DNA of 58,497 bases from Candidatus Dojkabacteria bacterium (lineage in GTDB: Bacteria; Patescibacteriota; Dojkabacteria; J137). Positions 9,615 to 19,509 of this stretch are shown here, one piece after another. A program made the position numbers and the translations under genes. Each line of letters starts with the position of its first letter. The first letter of the stretch is position 1. The stretch covers positions 1-58,497 of the forward strand of contig JANWZV010000001.1 of assembly GCA_025061805.1 (NCBI GenBank), given 5' to 3'. The notes beneath the pieces were generated by a model. The model did no database searches. It was not told where the DNA came from and saw nothing but the letters and a program-made list of their open reading frames with translations.

Positions 9615-10562
9615 TTAATTATCTAATGCTTGAATCATTTGGACCAAAATAGCCGAAAGATTTATTTCTGGATCAGCTACTATACTGTGATTTTTCATGC
9701 CTTCTAACAACAGTACCAAAGCCATTGCTTTTTTTTCGAAACTATTGAAACCTAATTTTTCCAAATTATTGTAGATAAATCTGAAAAATATTACATAATC
9801 GTTTTCTGATAAAAGATTTCCTATCAAATTTCTCCCTTCTTCTATTTTTTTATTCTTGAAACAATAAAAAATTCTAAAAAATTCTTCGTTTTCTTGTTCA
9901 TTTTTTATGTTTTTTAATGTTTTTCCGTCCCAGTTTTTTTGCAAATTGTTTATGATTTTTCTTAGATCTGGCCAAAATTTATTTACGTATTCACTTATGT
10001 TTGTAATTAGGTTTTCATCCAATTTTGCTCCTTCATTCAGAAGTATTTCTGCTGCTCTTTTTATACAATATTCTTTATCAAGAGATTTGAAGTTAAAATG
10101 TTGAAATCTGCTTTTCAGTGGAGGTATTATTTTGTTGCTGTAGTTTCCTGTTAAAATAAATCTACATATAGATACATAACTTTCTATTACGTTTCTTAGA
10201 GATAATTGGGCAGTTTGAGTCAATGAATCCGCCTCATCCAAAAGAATATACTTGAAATTTCCCATAGGCATGGTAGAAGCAAAGTTTATTATTATATCTC
10301 TTATGGTATCTATTCCTCTATTCGAGGAAGCATTTATAAATAAAATGTCGTTTTTGTCTATATTAAGTTCTTTGAATAGCAGTAAAGCTAAACTTGTCTT
10401 TCCTGTTCCTGGTGTTCCTGTTAGAAGCAAATTGGGAATTTGTTTATTTTTTATCCATTTGTAAACATTTTCTTTCAGTGTTTCATCGTTCCAAACGAAA
10501 TCCTCTATGGTTTTCGGTCTGTATTTTTCTACCCAAAGATAATTTTCTATCTTTTCTTTCAT
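9615..10562 (-). CDS. gp44: Clamp loader large subunit (T4 gp44 / RFC-like)
   Basis: LWVEKYRP, Walker A GTPGTGKT, INAS, LDEAD, PLKSR; likely start MKEKIENYLW at 10562. Confidence 0.93.
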   Translation of the reverse strand: MKEKIENYLWVEKYRPKTIEDFVWNDETLKENVYKWIKNKQIPNLLLTGTPGTGKTSLALLLFKELNIDKNDILFINASSNRGIDTIRDIIINFASTMPMGNFKYILLDEADSLTQTAQLSLRNVIESYVSICRFILTGNYSNKIIPPLKSRFQHFNFKSLDKEYCIKRAAEILLNEGAKLDENLITNISEYVNKFWPDLRKIINNLQKNWDGKTLKNIKNEQENEEFFRIFYCFKNKKIEEGRNLIGNLLSENDYVIFFRFIYNNLEKLGFNSFEKKAMALVLLLEGMKNHSIVADPEINLSAILVQMIQALDN

Positions 10563-10632
10563 GGTTATATTTTTACTATAACATTTTACAAAATATTTTG
10601 TTTTTTTCAATAAATTATTATAAAATAATTTT

Positions 10633-11073
10633 ATGAATAAAAAAGAAAAAATAATAGAAATATTGAAGTCGGTGCATGATCCGGAAATTCCTATCAATAT
10701 ATATGATTTAGGATTAATTTATAATTTGTCTATAGAAGATGACAAAATAGACATTCTTATGACTTTAACTTCTCCAAATTGTCCTTCTGCGCAGGAAATT
10801 CCTGAAGAAATTGTAACTAAATTAAATTCAGAGTTTCCTGAAATGAAAATAAATATCAATATGACTTGGAACCCGCCATGGGATAAATCCAGAATGTCAG
10901 AAGAAGCAAGATTGGCATTGGATATGTTTGATTTAGAAATTCCATATCATCCGCCATATATCTATGATAATGATTTTATGTTTATCGATATACAAGATAT
11001 AGATGAAAACGAAATAGGTCAAAATTTTGAAGAAAATGTCTTTAATTTTGAAAGTGATAAATCAGACGAATAA
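10633..11073 (+). CDS. sufT: SufT/DUF59 (PaaD-like) Fe-S cluster maturation protein
   Basis: LKSVHDPEIPINIYDLGLIY, MTLTSPNCP, PPWDKSRMSEEARLAL; acidic C-terminal extension. Confidence 0.9.
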   Translation: MNKKEKIIEILKSVHDPEIPINIYDLGLIYNLSIEDDKIDILMTLTSPNCPSAQEIPEEIVTKLNSEFPEMKININMTWNPPWDKSRMSEEARLALDMFDLEIPYHPPYIYDNDFMFIDIQDIDENEIGQNFEENVFNFESDKSDE

Positions 11074-11099
11074 TCTTTTATGAAAAGAAAGGAAAAATC

Positions 11100-11396
11100 A
11101 TGTTGAAAAAGAATACACAAACCAATAAAAACAATAATGAAAACAATACAAAAAAGAATAATAAACATAATAAAGTCATGAATGATAATAAAAACAAAAC
11201 CATATTGTTCAAAAATATAAAGGATGCAGAGGATTATTTAAGAAATAAAACACAAAATATGAAAAAAAGAATAAATGAAAAGTGGGTAGGTTATTTGGTA
11301 GAAGCAGTACCAGAAGGTTATTTGGTTTATTATGAACACAATAGTAGTTTGTTTTTAAATAAAATAGAAGATCAGAAAATAAGGCATTGGGCATAA
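11100..11396 (+). CDS. Hypothetical protein
   Basis: 98-aa ORF with AAAGGA RBS and N/K-rich N-terminus. Confidence 0.6.
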   Translation: MLKKNTQTNKNNNENNTKKNNKHNKVMNDNKNKTILFKNIKDAEDYLRNKTQNMKKRINEKWVGYLVEAVPEGYLVYYEHNSSLFLNKIEDQKIRHWA

Positions 11397-11420
11397 AAAT
11401 TTCATAATGTTTTTTTATGT

Positions 11421-12434
11421 TTATATGATATGTCTTTGTTCTTTCTTTAGAAGAAGAACAGAGGCAATGTTTTGCCAATTTTGTTTGTCAGTTAAATAAA
11501 TGGATGTCAATTTTCTCAACTCTCTCAATGAAAGAATTCTAAATTTTTCAAGATTTTGTTCAATAAAGATAAGAATATTTTCTTTATCTTCTTTTGTTAG
11601 GTTTTCATCGAATACGGTGTTGCTAAACACATATTTAATCCAAGAAAAAATTTCAATCTTTGTCCAAAGATTGAGATCCAAATAAAGGCTTCTGCTCATG
11701 AGAGCATTTAAGTGGGGGGCAATCTTGCTTTTGTTTTCTTCAATAATTTGTTGGAAATTAATATTCGATAAAAACATCATGCATCCTTCATAAACAAAGC
11801 TGTTGGGAATGTCTTCATTTTTTAGTGCATCGCTCATCCAAGAAATTTTTCTTCTTTTTCCTGTATCTAATCCAGATTTCAAAATATTCAAGGCATTTTC
11901 ATCAAATAGAATACTATCTGCATCATCCAAAATAATAATCTTTCCTTTATCCTTATAAGAATACATAAGTCTGTATAGATTAATGGACGTAATATGACCT
12001 TTGACTAGTACGTAATCTTCGTCTTCGATTTTGTTCAATTCATTTAGTTTATTGATTATGGAAAAGCTTTTTCCGATACCAGGGCTTCCGGTTACGATTA
12101 CCGAGTGAATATATCCGTTCACAACACCATTCGTTAGATTATCCAAAACATCAAACCTTCTTTTGATATCTTTGATCAATTCATCAATATTTTTATTATT
12201 GATCTTGTTTTTATCTTCGTTGTTGTTGATATAGTTTAAAATTCTTTTTGCATCTTTTTCGCTAATTAAAAGCCTAAATACGTGCTTCGGCATGAAAAGA
12301 GATGGTTCTCCGTTTACAGTGATAAACCAACCCTTTTTACCGAGTTTAGGGGGTGAAACAAGATAAACAAAATCTTCTTCATATTTCGTGGATTTATAAA
12401 ATCCAGAAATCTTAATTTTGATCTGATCCGTCAT
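11421..12434 (-). CDS. Phage AAA+ / P-loop ATPase
   Basis: Walker A GSPGIGKS, Walker B IILDDAD, ALMSR, LSLREL; likely start ATG 12434. Confidence 0.85.
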   Translation of the reverse strand: MTDQIKIKISGFYKSTKYEEDFVYLVSPPKLGKKGWFITVNGEPSLFMPKHVFRLLISEKDAKRILNYINNNEDKNKINNKNIDELIKDIKRRFDVLDNLTNGVVNGYIHSVIVTGSPGIGKSFSIINKLNELNKIEDEDYVLVKGHITSINLYRLMYSYKDKGKIIILDDADSILFDENALNILKSGLDTGKRRKISWMSDALKNEDIPNSFVYEGCMMFLSNINFQQIIEENKSKIAPHLNALMSRSLYLDLNLWTKIEIFSWIKYVFSNTVFDENLTKEDKENILIFIEQNLEKFRILSLRELRKLTSIYLTDKQNWQNIASVLLLKKEQRHII

Positions 12435-12565
12435 TAGCTTCTGTTTCCTTACATGATTTTTTATTTTAAGTTCTCTACAAATCAAGAGAATATTTTATGA
12501 GAGTATCACATATCTGAATTTCAATTTTTGCATGCCTCTGCTTTCGAAGTATAGAAGTTTTTTTC

Positions 12566-12593
12566 TTGACAAAAAGAAAAACCGATATACATT
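12566..12593 (+). promoter_or_regulatory. Sigma70-type (early) promoter
   Basis: TTGACA, 16-nt spacer, TACATT; strong SD (AGGGAGAAGGAG) before ATG 12626. Confidence 0.6.
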
Positions 12594-12625
12594 CAAATTT
12601 GTAATTAAGGGAGAAGGAGAAACAT

Positions 12626-13003
12626 ATGTATTCCAAGACAATGAAGCTGCATGTTATCCATCTAGGTGGAACATGCGAATATAATCGTGGTAGGAACTCT
12701 CGCGGCTGGACAATTCGGTTCCCGGGAGGTTATACAGCAAAGTATACAAATGATCAAGTAAATAATATCTCGGAACGGGAATTTCTTGATACGTTGCGAG
12801 ATAATGGGGTGGATATTTCTGGTGCTATTATTCTAGAAGATAAGAAGAGAAATTCTCCTCCAAGTAAGTATACCACGCGAGGCAGGGGTCGCCCAAGGAA
12901 GGGTTCTGAACCACGGGGGGAAATTACAAGAAAGATTTCGGTTAATGTAGAAACAAATGAAAATGTTACAATTCCTAATGATGTGAATATTCTAAGCGTT
13001 TGA
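12626..13003 (+). CDS. Small protein with AT-hook motif
   Basis: RGRGRPRKG motif; own promoter, SD and terminator. Confidence 0.7.
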   Translation: MYSKTMKLHVIHLGGTCEYNRGRNSRGWTIRFPGGYTAKYTNDQVNNISEREFLDTLRDNGVDISGAIILEDKKRNSPPSKYTTRGRGRPRKGSEPRGEITRKISVNVETNENVTIPNDVNILSV

Positions 13004-13009
13004 TAACCA

Positions 13010-13042
13010 AAAGGAGATAGAAAAATTCTATCTCCTTTTTTT
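13010..13042 (+). terminator. Rho-independent terminator
   Basis: AAGGAGATAGAA-aaa-TTCTATCTCCTT stem followed by a T run. Confidence 0.85.
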
Positions 13043-13051
13043 AATAAAAAC

Positions 13052-13079
13052 TTGACAAGCTAGATTTTTTTGATATCTT
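13052..13079 (+). promoter_or_regulatory. Sigma70-type promoter with extended -10
   Basis: TTGACA, 16-nt spacer, TG-n-TATCTT; GAGG RBS before ATG 13104. Confidence 0.6.
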
Positions 13080-13103
13080 TTTGCTTAAACGAAGAGGTCG
13101 TCT

Positions 13104-13634
13104 ATGTTCATTTGTGAAAATGTAACAGACGAAGGTGACGTTGAAGGAGAGAAGTCTGAAGACGACAAGAAGAGTTTTATTAAAATTCCAAAAACTTTAA
13201 AAAGAGATTTGTATTTTTTTGATATTACAAAGAAGATTGCAGAAAGTCAAAATGATCGTTTTGGCTATAAGTTTGCTGCCATGATTGTTCATAGGCACAA
13301 GGTTATTTCTGTAGGTACTAATCTAGAAAAAACACATCCGTTTGCTGCCAGATTTGGCAGAAACCAGGACTCTACTTTTTGGCACGCCGAGACACATGCA
13401 ATTTATAATGCTTATAAGAATGGCATAGATGACTCTATTTTTTCCAAATCAACAATGTATGTCGTAAGATTGAAGCTAAAGAATAATAAAGGACAAAAGC
13501 ACCAGATTTTGGGGCTTAGTAAGCCTTGTAAAGGTTGTATGAATTGTATTAATTTTTTCGGTATCAAGAAAATCGTATATTCTATCGATCAGGATAAGTA
13601 TGGCTATGGTTTTGATATCATAGAATGCAAGTGA
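13104..13634 (+). CDS. Zinc-dependent cytidine/dCMP deaminase-family protein
   Basis: HAE and SKPCKGC zinc motifs; GIKKIVYS. Confidence 0.85.
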   Translation: MFICENVTDEGDVEGEKSEDDKKSFIKIPKTLKRDLYFFDITKKIAESQNDRFGYKFAAMIVHRHKVISVGTNLEKTHPFAARFGRNQDSTFWHAETHAIYNAYKNGIDDSIFSKSTMYVVRLKLKNNKGQKHQILGLSKPCKGCMNCINFFGIKKIVYSIDQDKYGYGFDIIECK

Positions 13635-13695
13635 TGATTTTATTATTCAGAAAAAGACTTATATTGAATTAAAACAAATAGTACTTTTTTTTATT

Positions 13696-14838
13696 CTATT
13701 CTTCTGTTTCATCGTAAGGCGAACCAAAGTCAACTTTTGGTTTTACAGCTTTGGACAGATAAATTTTCTCATCATATTCTTTAGAATATGAATCCGTATG
13801 TTTGTTTTTGTTGTTGATAAAAGATTCCAACGTTCTGTGTGGAGGAACGAATGGTTTTCTCCAAGCATATTCAATCCTTACCCACTTGGAGGCCTTTCTT
13901 CTGTATAATCCATATGGTTCGAAATCTGTTCTTAAAAAATAATCTCCTTCTGAAGGATTAGTTGGAAAGGATGTTCCTTTTCCTACTAAAATGGCTCCGT
14001 TCGGGGGTATACCATCACCGAAATGTAGATAAGGGGGATGTTTCGCATTATCTTCGCACGGGAACAAATACAGATGAGCATGATCATAATTTCTATAAGG
14101 AACAACACTGTTGGCTCGATTGAAAATTTCGTCTGATATATTTTGATCATTGCCGGGAGTATTTTTACCGGATACTATATCTTTGATTGTCAAATCAAGA
14201 GGATTTGTCGTTTCTGGTGTTAGAGATTCCAAACCATCTGATCCAAGAGGTGTTCTATTTAGTATATCAAAGAATTCTTGTTGATTTTGGATTGCCTTTA
14301 TTCTTGTTCTCCAAACATGGGTTCTCCATGTCATTGAATAACCTTCTGCTGCTCTTCCAGCATCTTCGACAACAAAATATTTGTTTATGGCAGGAGAATT
14401 TTTATCCAATAAGTCAGTATCTCTTAAATGTGGGAATTCCAAAACATCCCCACTCATTATTTTTCTTCCTATTTTTTCTATCATTTCGTTATAATGAAAA
14501 TATACTATCAATGTATCAGCAGTTAAGAATATTCCAAATTGTCTTAAATCCATATCGTTGTCGGAAACGGTATATATTCCATTAATATCATATATATCAG
14601 GATCATATTTTCTATCTCTGTTTTCTAGGAAAAACAAATCTTGTATCTGTAATTCTTCTTGTACTTCTTTTTCATTATAATTAGGCAAAGTTTGGTCATC
14701 AGTATCTTCTGATTTTACGCCGATAAACTTATGCACAAAAATATTTGTGCCTCCAATAAAGAAATATTCTCTTACCTGTCTATCAAAAAAATAATAATCT
14801 TGCGATTTTTCCGGTTTCCAGAATTTAATTCTTGGCAT
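13696..14838 (-). CDS. Neck / head-closure protein (T4 gp14-like)
   Basis: DLFFLENRDRKYD, DLRQFGIFL, IGRKIMSGDVLEFPHL resemble neck proteins of T4-like jumbo phages; late motif upstream. Confidence 0.65.
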   Translation of the reverse strand: MPRIKFWKPEKSQDYYFFDRQVREYFFIGGTNIFVHKFIGVKSEDTDDQTLPNYNEKEVQEELQIQDLFFLENRDRKYDPDIYDINGIYTVSDNDMDLRQFGIFLTADTLIVYFHYNEMIEKIGRKIMSGDVLEFPHLRDTDLLDKNSPAINKYFVVEDAGRAAEGYSMTWRTHVWRTRIKAIQNQQEFFDILNRTPLGSDGLESLTPETTNPLDLTIKDIVSGKNTPGNDQNISDEIFNRANSVVPYRNYDHAHLYLFPCEDNAKHPPYLHFGDGIPPNGAILVGKGTSFPTNPSEGDYFLRTDFEPYGLYRRKASKWVRIEYAWRKPFVPPHRTLESFINNKNKHTDSYSKEYDEKIYLSKAVKPKVDFGSPYDETEE

Positions 14839-14892
14839 CCAAAATATTTATGTATTATTTTTTATTTTTATACGCAAATGATAAATATTTTT

Positions 14893-15189
14893 ATGAAATC
14901 AAAAAAAGTTGTATTAGATGAATTGGCTTTGTATTTTTTTCATCCTGATGATACTTTTCAAGATTTATCTAATGCTTTTTTCTATGATAAGGTAGTCTGG
15001 AAATCTGATTATAATCTTGAAAATTATCCAAAAAACGACCCTGTTTCCAAACACTTGGATTTTTTTCCTGATTCAATATTAGAAGATACAACAACTGGAA
15101 ATTATTATATATTAGGTTATGATGAATTATTTAAAATCAAGAAATTTTTAAACTCTATTGATTTTGATTCTTTGAAAGATAAGTTTTAA
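14893..15189 (+). CDS. Hypothetical protein
   Basis: ATG 14893 lies 5 nt after TAAATA; this start avoids overlap with the neck gene. Confidence 0.6.
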   Translation: MKSKKVVLDELALYFFHPDDTFQDLSNAFFYDKVVWKSDYNLENYPKNDPVSKHLDFFPDSILEDTTTGNYYILGYDELFKIKKFLNSIDFDSLKDKF

Positions 15190-15205
15190 AGTTTTATTGC
15201 TTCAA

Positions 15206-15790
15206 TTAACACATAGATATTCTTATGGTATATATGATCTCTATTTGTCTATTCAAGGATTTTTCTACAGGCGAAAAGATAGCATGTGTCAATAGTTTTT
15301 CTCTTTCTGGTGTTTGACCGTAACTTTTTATTCCTATTTCATCAAATACAAATGTATCTTCGGAATTTGTGTTGTCATCGAAAACGTTTTGTGAAGATGG
15401 CTCGTTTAATTCTAAAACACAATTTATGATGATATCTGTAAAAAGAGTCGATGGAACATGTTTTACTTTCACTTTATTTTTCAATGGATTTGTGTTGTTA
15501 GGATCAACTTCATCGACAATTTTTTCATATGTTTGATTGTATAGTTGTGCATCAAGACCAGATATGTTAGGAGGAAAATAAGTTATGGTTCCAGTTCCAG
15601 AAACTATACTTCCGCCATTTCCAAATACCATTTTTGATATGTATCCTTCTGGTTCTCTTGCTAAAGATTGTGCGATGGCGATACTCATATTTTCATAATG
15701 AATGGCATTTTTTGTTTCTAATATTGTTTTTTTGTCTTGAATATCTATTATTTTCAAAAAACCTTCTATTTTTGTGTTTGAAGTCAACAT
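15206..15790 (-). CDS. Conserved virion structural protein (tail/baseplate-associated)
   Basis: KNAIHYENMS..IA, MVFGNGG, FVFDEIG, LLTHAIFSPVEKSLNR pattern seen in jumbo-phage structural genes; late motif upstream. Confidence 0.6.
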   Translation of the reverse strand: MLTSNTKIEGFLKIIDIQDKKTILETKNAIHYENMSIAIAQSLAREPEGYISKMVFGNGGSIVSGTGTITYFPPNISGLDAQLYNQTYEKIVDEVDPNNTNPLKNKVKVKHVPSTLFTDIIINCVLELNEPSSQNVFDDNTNSEDTFVFDEIGIKSYGQTPEREKLLTHAIFSPVEKSLNRQIEIIYTIRISMC

Positions 15791-15823
15791 TTTTTTATAT
15801 TTATTATTGATTTTTTTTATTTT

Positions 15824-16867
15824 TTAAATATTTACCCAGGGCGAAACTATGTTGTAAGATGGAGTTACAATACCTGAAATGTATGTTGTTGCTCTTCTAT
15901 GAGAAAAAGTAACAGACGTATTTGGTAAAACAGGCTGACCATAAGGAAAATATGGATATGGATTGGCATGTTCGTCTATTAGTCTAAACCTAAATCTTAC
16001 AACAGATCCTCTTGCTCCGTTTATTGTTGTTCCAGATGAATATCTTATATCGATGAATACATCGTTCATAGAATAAGGCCCAGTACCTATGTTTATACCA
16101 TTAAACTGTGTTGTGTAAACATTTGTAATATTGTAATATCCACCAGATAGATTAGGAGATCCTGGATATGTTCCTGTCCATTCCAATCTATTAGCAGAAA
16201 AAATAACGGTTCCTATTCTATTTGTAAAAATGTTAGCCCAGTTTGCTGATTTTGCATTGCCTAAACCAGTTTGATTAAAGTTTATTATTATTTCTCCGCC
16301 AGAATTGAAAAAATATCTAGTTGAATTTTCATTTGGAAATATCACGTCTATTTCCGATTGTATGCCGTTGTTTGGGCTTACACCCCATTGTGTTGTTCTT
16401 GTTACAGTAATGACGTTGCTTGTAAGCGTAGTCGAATTCAATTTTGCTGCATTGTTTAAAAAATTGTTTCTATTATTGTTTATAAGTATAATTTCATTAT
16501 TGAAATTAAATGGATTAGAACCAGAATGTGCGGTTATAATTTGACCAGTTGATAAGGCACTAACTGGCGGCAAAGAAGTGACAGGAGTATTATTTCCGTA
16601 ATAATGTTGTAACATCGTGTACAACGAATTTCTTAAATTAATCCATGTTGTACTTGTTATTATACTTGATACTGATACCGGGCTTAATACTGGAACTGTT
16701 TGACCATACCCATAATTACCAAATCCTACTCCCCATAATGCAGCTACACGTAAATTTGCTGCGGCAGAAGAAGGATAAGGATTTAAACTATCTATATTTC
16801 CTATCGCCGAGTTTATATCATTCGCAAAAATAATATTTCCTGAAGCATAATTTGCTGGAAATGTCAT
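15824..16867 (-). CDS. Virion structural / tail-fibre-associated protein
   Basis: GYGQT and RYFFNSGGEI motifs, N/S/T/G-rich; co-transcribed with the fibre gene. Confidence 0.6.
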   Translation of the reverse strand: MTFPANYASGNIIFANDINSAIGNIDSLNPYPSSAAANLRVAALWGVGFGNYGYGQTVPVLSPVSVSSIITSTTWINLRNSLYTMLQHYYGNNTPVTSLPPVSALSTGQIITAHSGSNPFNFNNEIILINNNRNNFLNNAAKLNSTTLTSNVITVTRTTQWGVSPNNGIQSEIDVIFPNENSTRYFFNSGGEIIINFNQTGLGNAKSANWANIFTNRIGTVIFSANRLEWTGTYPGSPNLSGGYYNITNVYTTQFNGINIGTGPYSMNDVFIDIRYSSGTTINGARGSVVRFRFRLIDEHANPYPYFPYGQPVLPNTSVTFSHRRATTYISGIVTPSYNIVSPWVNI

Positions 16868-16870
16868 TAA

Positions 16871-18172
16871 TTATTTTACTCCTACTACACATTCTATTAG
16901 TTCTATTTCTTCGCTATTTTTATCTTCTAAAGATCTTCCGAAAATAGATAAAATATTATTTTTGTTTTTATCATACACCATTGCAACTCCAGGTACGTGT
17001 GAACTGGTCAATCTATCTCCCTTTCTTACTTTTCCTATTACTTTTACTTTCACTCTACCCGTCAATGCAACATATGGATGTGTTTCGTCATTTCCTGCGG
17101 ATGAATTCATTCCATATGCATAATTATTCGAAATAACACCGAAAACATCTATGTCATATGGTTCTCTTGTTTTTTCTATTTCTTTTTCTCCACCAATCTT
17201 CACTAGATCACCTGGTTCAACAGGTTCAGAAGTTTCATATCTTTCTGCTAAGTCAGCATATGTTGCTTGCAATGTAGATCCGAGTGAAAGATTGAAGTTT
17301 CCAGTAAATGTTCCTCCTGTAGCTGTAATTCTAAATTTCTCTACTCCTCCAGTAGTAAATCCTATTGTATCAGAACCCGGTCTGTAAATACCAGTATCTG
17401 TATCAGCAGTGAAATAAATGCTGGGATTGGTAACAGTTCCATCTGCGAAACCAGCTATCAAATTATTAGAATTGTTGTTTATTATTGTAGATATATTTGA
17501 TGTAGAAACAACTGTATTCCAATTCGATCCATCTCTGAATTCCAATTGATCCAATGTCGAATTATATCTGAACATACCTACAACAGGAGTTGTCGGTCTT
17601 TGTCCAGTTGTTCCAACCGGTAGAGTTATCGATGTATTTCCATTTATTGTAAGAACTGAAGTAGATGTTGTATTTCCGGCATTGAATGTCGCAGATAATG
17701 ATCCACCCGCAGTTATTCCAAATTGATTTGTGCCGGGCCTAAAAAAACCTGTGTCCGTGTCTAAAGTGAAAAATCCACTTGGGGCAGTTACTGTTCCGTC
17801 TGCAAATCCAAAAGAATTTGGAGTCGGTGAATTTGATACAACAACTGGTCTCCAATTTGGAAAAGGTGTTAAAGTATTGTATATTGGATTATTATCTCTT
17901 ACGTATAATCCGTTGTTTGCTGGATTTAGCGGATCATTGAGATACCATAATTGACCAGTGGTTGGAGATCCAGAAACATTCGGATTTATTCCAGGAGGTT
18001 GTGGTGCAGCAAAATTTTCCAATAATCTGACGAAGTTTTCTGCAACAACTTCTCCATAATTTGACACGCCTCTTCCGAATAAAGTAAGATTAAAGGCAGT
18101 GTTATTGAATACGTTATTATTTAATACTAAAGCAAGGGTTCCGTTTGATAAATTTATTGGATATGAACTCAT
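16871..18172 (-). CDS. Tail fibre-like protein with C-terminal chaperone/autocleavage-type domain
   Basis: LTLFGRG..NYGE..AENFVRLLENFA N-terminus; duplicated FADGTVT.PS..F..DTDTG..RPG module; LPVGTTGQRP repeat; YADLAERY...ALTGRV.VKV. Confidence 0.75.
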   Translation of the reverse strand: MSSYPINLSNGTLALVLNNNVFNNTAFNLTLFGRGVSNYGEVVAENFVRLLENFAAPQPPGINPNVSGSPTTGQLWYLNDPLNPANNGLYVRDNNPIYNTLTPFPNWRPVVVSNSPTPNSFGFADGTVTAPSGFFTLDTDTGFFRPGTNQFGITAGGSLSATFNAGNTTSTSVLTINGNTSITLPVGTTGQRPTTPVVGMFRYNSTLDQLEFRDGSNWNTVVSTSNISTIINNNSNNLIAGFADGTVTNPSIYFTADTDTGIYRPGSDTIGFTTGGVEKFRITATGGTFTGNFNLSLGSTLQATYADLAERYETSEPVEPGDLVKIGGEKEIEKTREPYDIDVFGVISNNYAYGMNSSAGNDETHPYVALTGRVKVKVIGKVRKGDRLTSSHVPGVAMVYDKNKNNILSIFGRSLEDKNSEEIELIECVVGVK

Positions 18173-18269
18173 TTTTTATATATTTATAAAAATATGTTGT
18201 TTTTTTATGATTTAATTTTTTGTTTCTTATAATTTTTTGTTTTTATGATAAAAAAATAAATATTTTTAA

Positions 18270-18554
18270 ATGAAAAACGAAGATGAATTAGAAAAAACTA
18301 TTGATGAAACCTTATCTTTCTATTTGCAGAGCATACCGGTAGAAAAAGTTCCAACAAAGTATGTAAAAAAAATAGAAGTAGAATTCGTTAATGGCAATAA
18401 GAAAATAATTCAAAGTGGTGGAAAAGAAAAATTCATGGAAAGTCTTATGGCAAAAAAAGTAAAAGAAAATATAATAAAAATAGATTTTGTTTTCGATTTC
18501 AAAAAATTAAGAGAAGACGTGGAAAAAGATTTCAACAAAATAGTTAAATTTTAG
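18270..18554 (+). CDS. Hypothetical protein
   Basis: 94-aa ORF 7 nt after TAAATA. Confidence 0.65.
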   Translation: MKNEDELEKTIDETLSFYLQSIPVEKVPTKYVKKIEVEFVNGNKKIIQSGGKEKFMESLMAKKVKENIIKIDFVFDFKKLREDVEKDFNKIVKF

Positions 18555-18585
18555 ATCTCGAAAAAAAGTCAAATAAATATTTTTA

Positions 18586-19509
18586 ATGCAAGATATAATA
18601 AGAAAACCATTGGATTTTGATTTCATATTTCTATCATATAGAGAAAGTTGTGCAGATAAAAATTTTCTCGATCTAAAGAAAAAAGTACCTCATGCAAAAC
18701 GGGTTCATGGAGTAAAAGGATTTTCAGCTGCTCATAAAAAGGCAGCTAGTATCGCAAATACTGAATGGTTTTTTACAGTTGATGCCGATTCAATCATTTA
18801 CGAAGATTGGATAAAAAATTCAACAGTAAAAGTCCCATCATTCGATGGTTGTGTGTGTTGGAAAGCATATAATCCAATTTTGTTTTCTTCTTATGGTAAT
18901 GGTGGTTTGAAATTATGGAACAAAAAATTTTTAGAGGAATTAAGATCGCACGAAGACGTAGATGAAAAAAACAAACACCTAAAAATTGATTTTTGTTATG
19001 ATAATAGATATATTCATATAAATCAGTTGGCGGGAGAAACAGATCCTTTTCATTCTTCTCAAGCATCTTTTTCTTCTGGTTTTAGGGAAGGATTGAAATT
19101 AATAAAAGATGCTAGATTTGATACAAAGAATGATGTACATTCTTTACCAAAAGAAAACAAAGCTGCTTGGATAAAATGGACTAATTTAACTTTATTATTG
19201 GACAGACGCTTTTCTTCTTGGGGAAGTTTTGGGGCTAGATTTTCGACGTTAAATCTCTTAACTATAAAAAATTATAAAGAAACGTTTATAAATCAAATAG
19301 ATGATTTGTATTCTTTACAGGAAAAGTTAGAAAAAGAATTCGGAAAACCGTTTTCTAAAAAATGGTTAGAATATTATGAGTATATGGGCAAGTGTATAGA
19401 AAACATAACAGGAATAAGAATGTGTACTATAATAAGAGATTCTAGATCATCCAGTTTTCTTGAAGATTTTTTAAATTTTTATAAAAAAGAAGGTATAATA
19501 GATGTTTGA
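18586..19509 (+). CDS. Phage glycosyltransferase-like protein (GT-A, DxD), paralog 1
   Basis: DFIFLSYRE..AD.NF, KRVHGVKG...AH, VDAD, YGNGGLKLW, SGFRE. Confidence 0.7.
   Translation: MQDIIRKPLDFDFIFLSYRESCADKNFLDLKKKVPHAKRVHGVKGFSAAHKKAASIANTEWFFTVDADSIIYEDWIKNSTVKVPSFDGCVCWKAYNPILFSSYGNGGLKLWNKKFLEELRSHEDVDEKNKHLKIDFCYDNRYIHINQLAGETDPFHSSQASFSSGFREGLKLIKDARFDTKNDVHSLPKENKAAWIKWTNLTLLLDRRFSSWGSFGARFSTLNLLTIKNYKETFINQIDDLYSLQEKLEKEFGKPFSKKWLEYYEYMGKCIENITGIRMCTIIRDSRSSSFLEDFLNFYKKEGIIDV

Noticed and set aside
10563..10697. N-terminal extension of gp44 in the ORF track (similarly extended starts at 14731, 20864 and 27422)
   Set aside because: The extensions overlap neighbouring genes or structured leaders; downstream ATGs fit homology and RBS/promoter positions better
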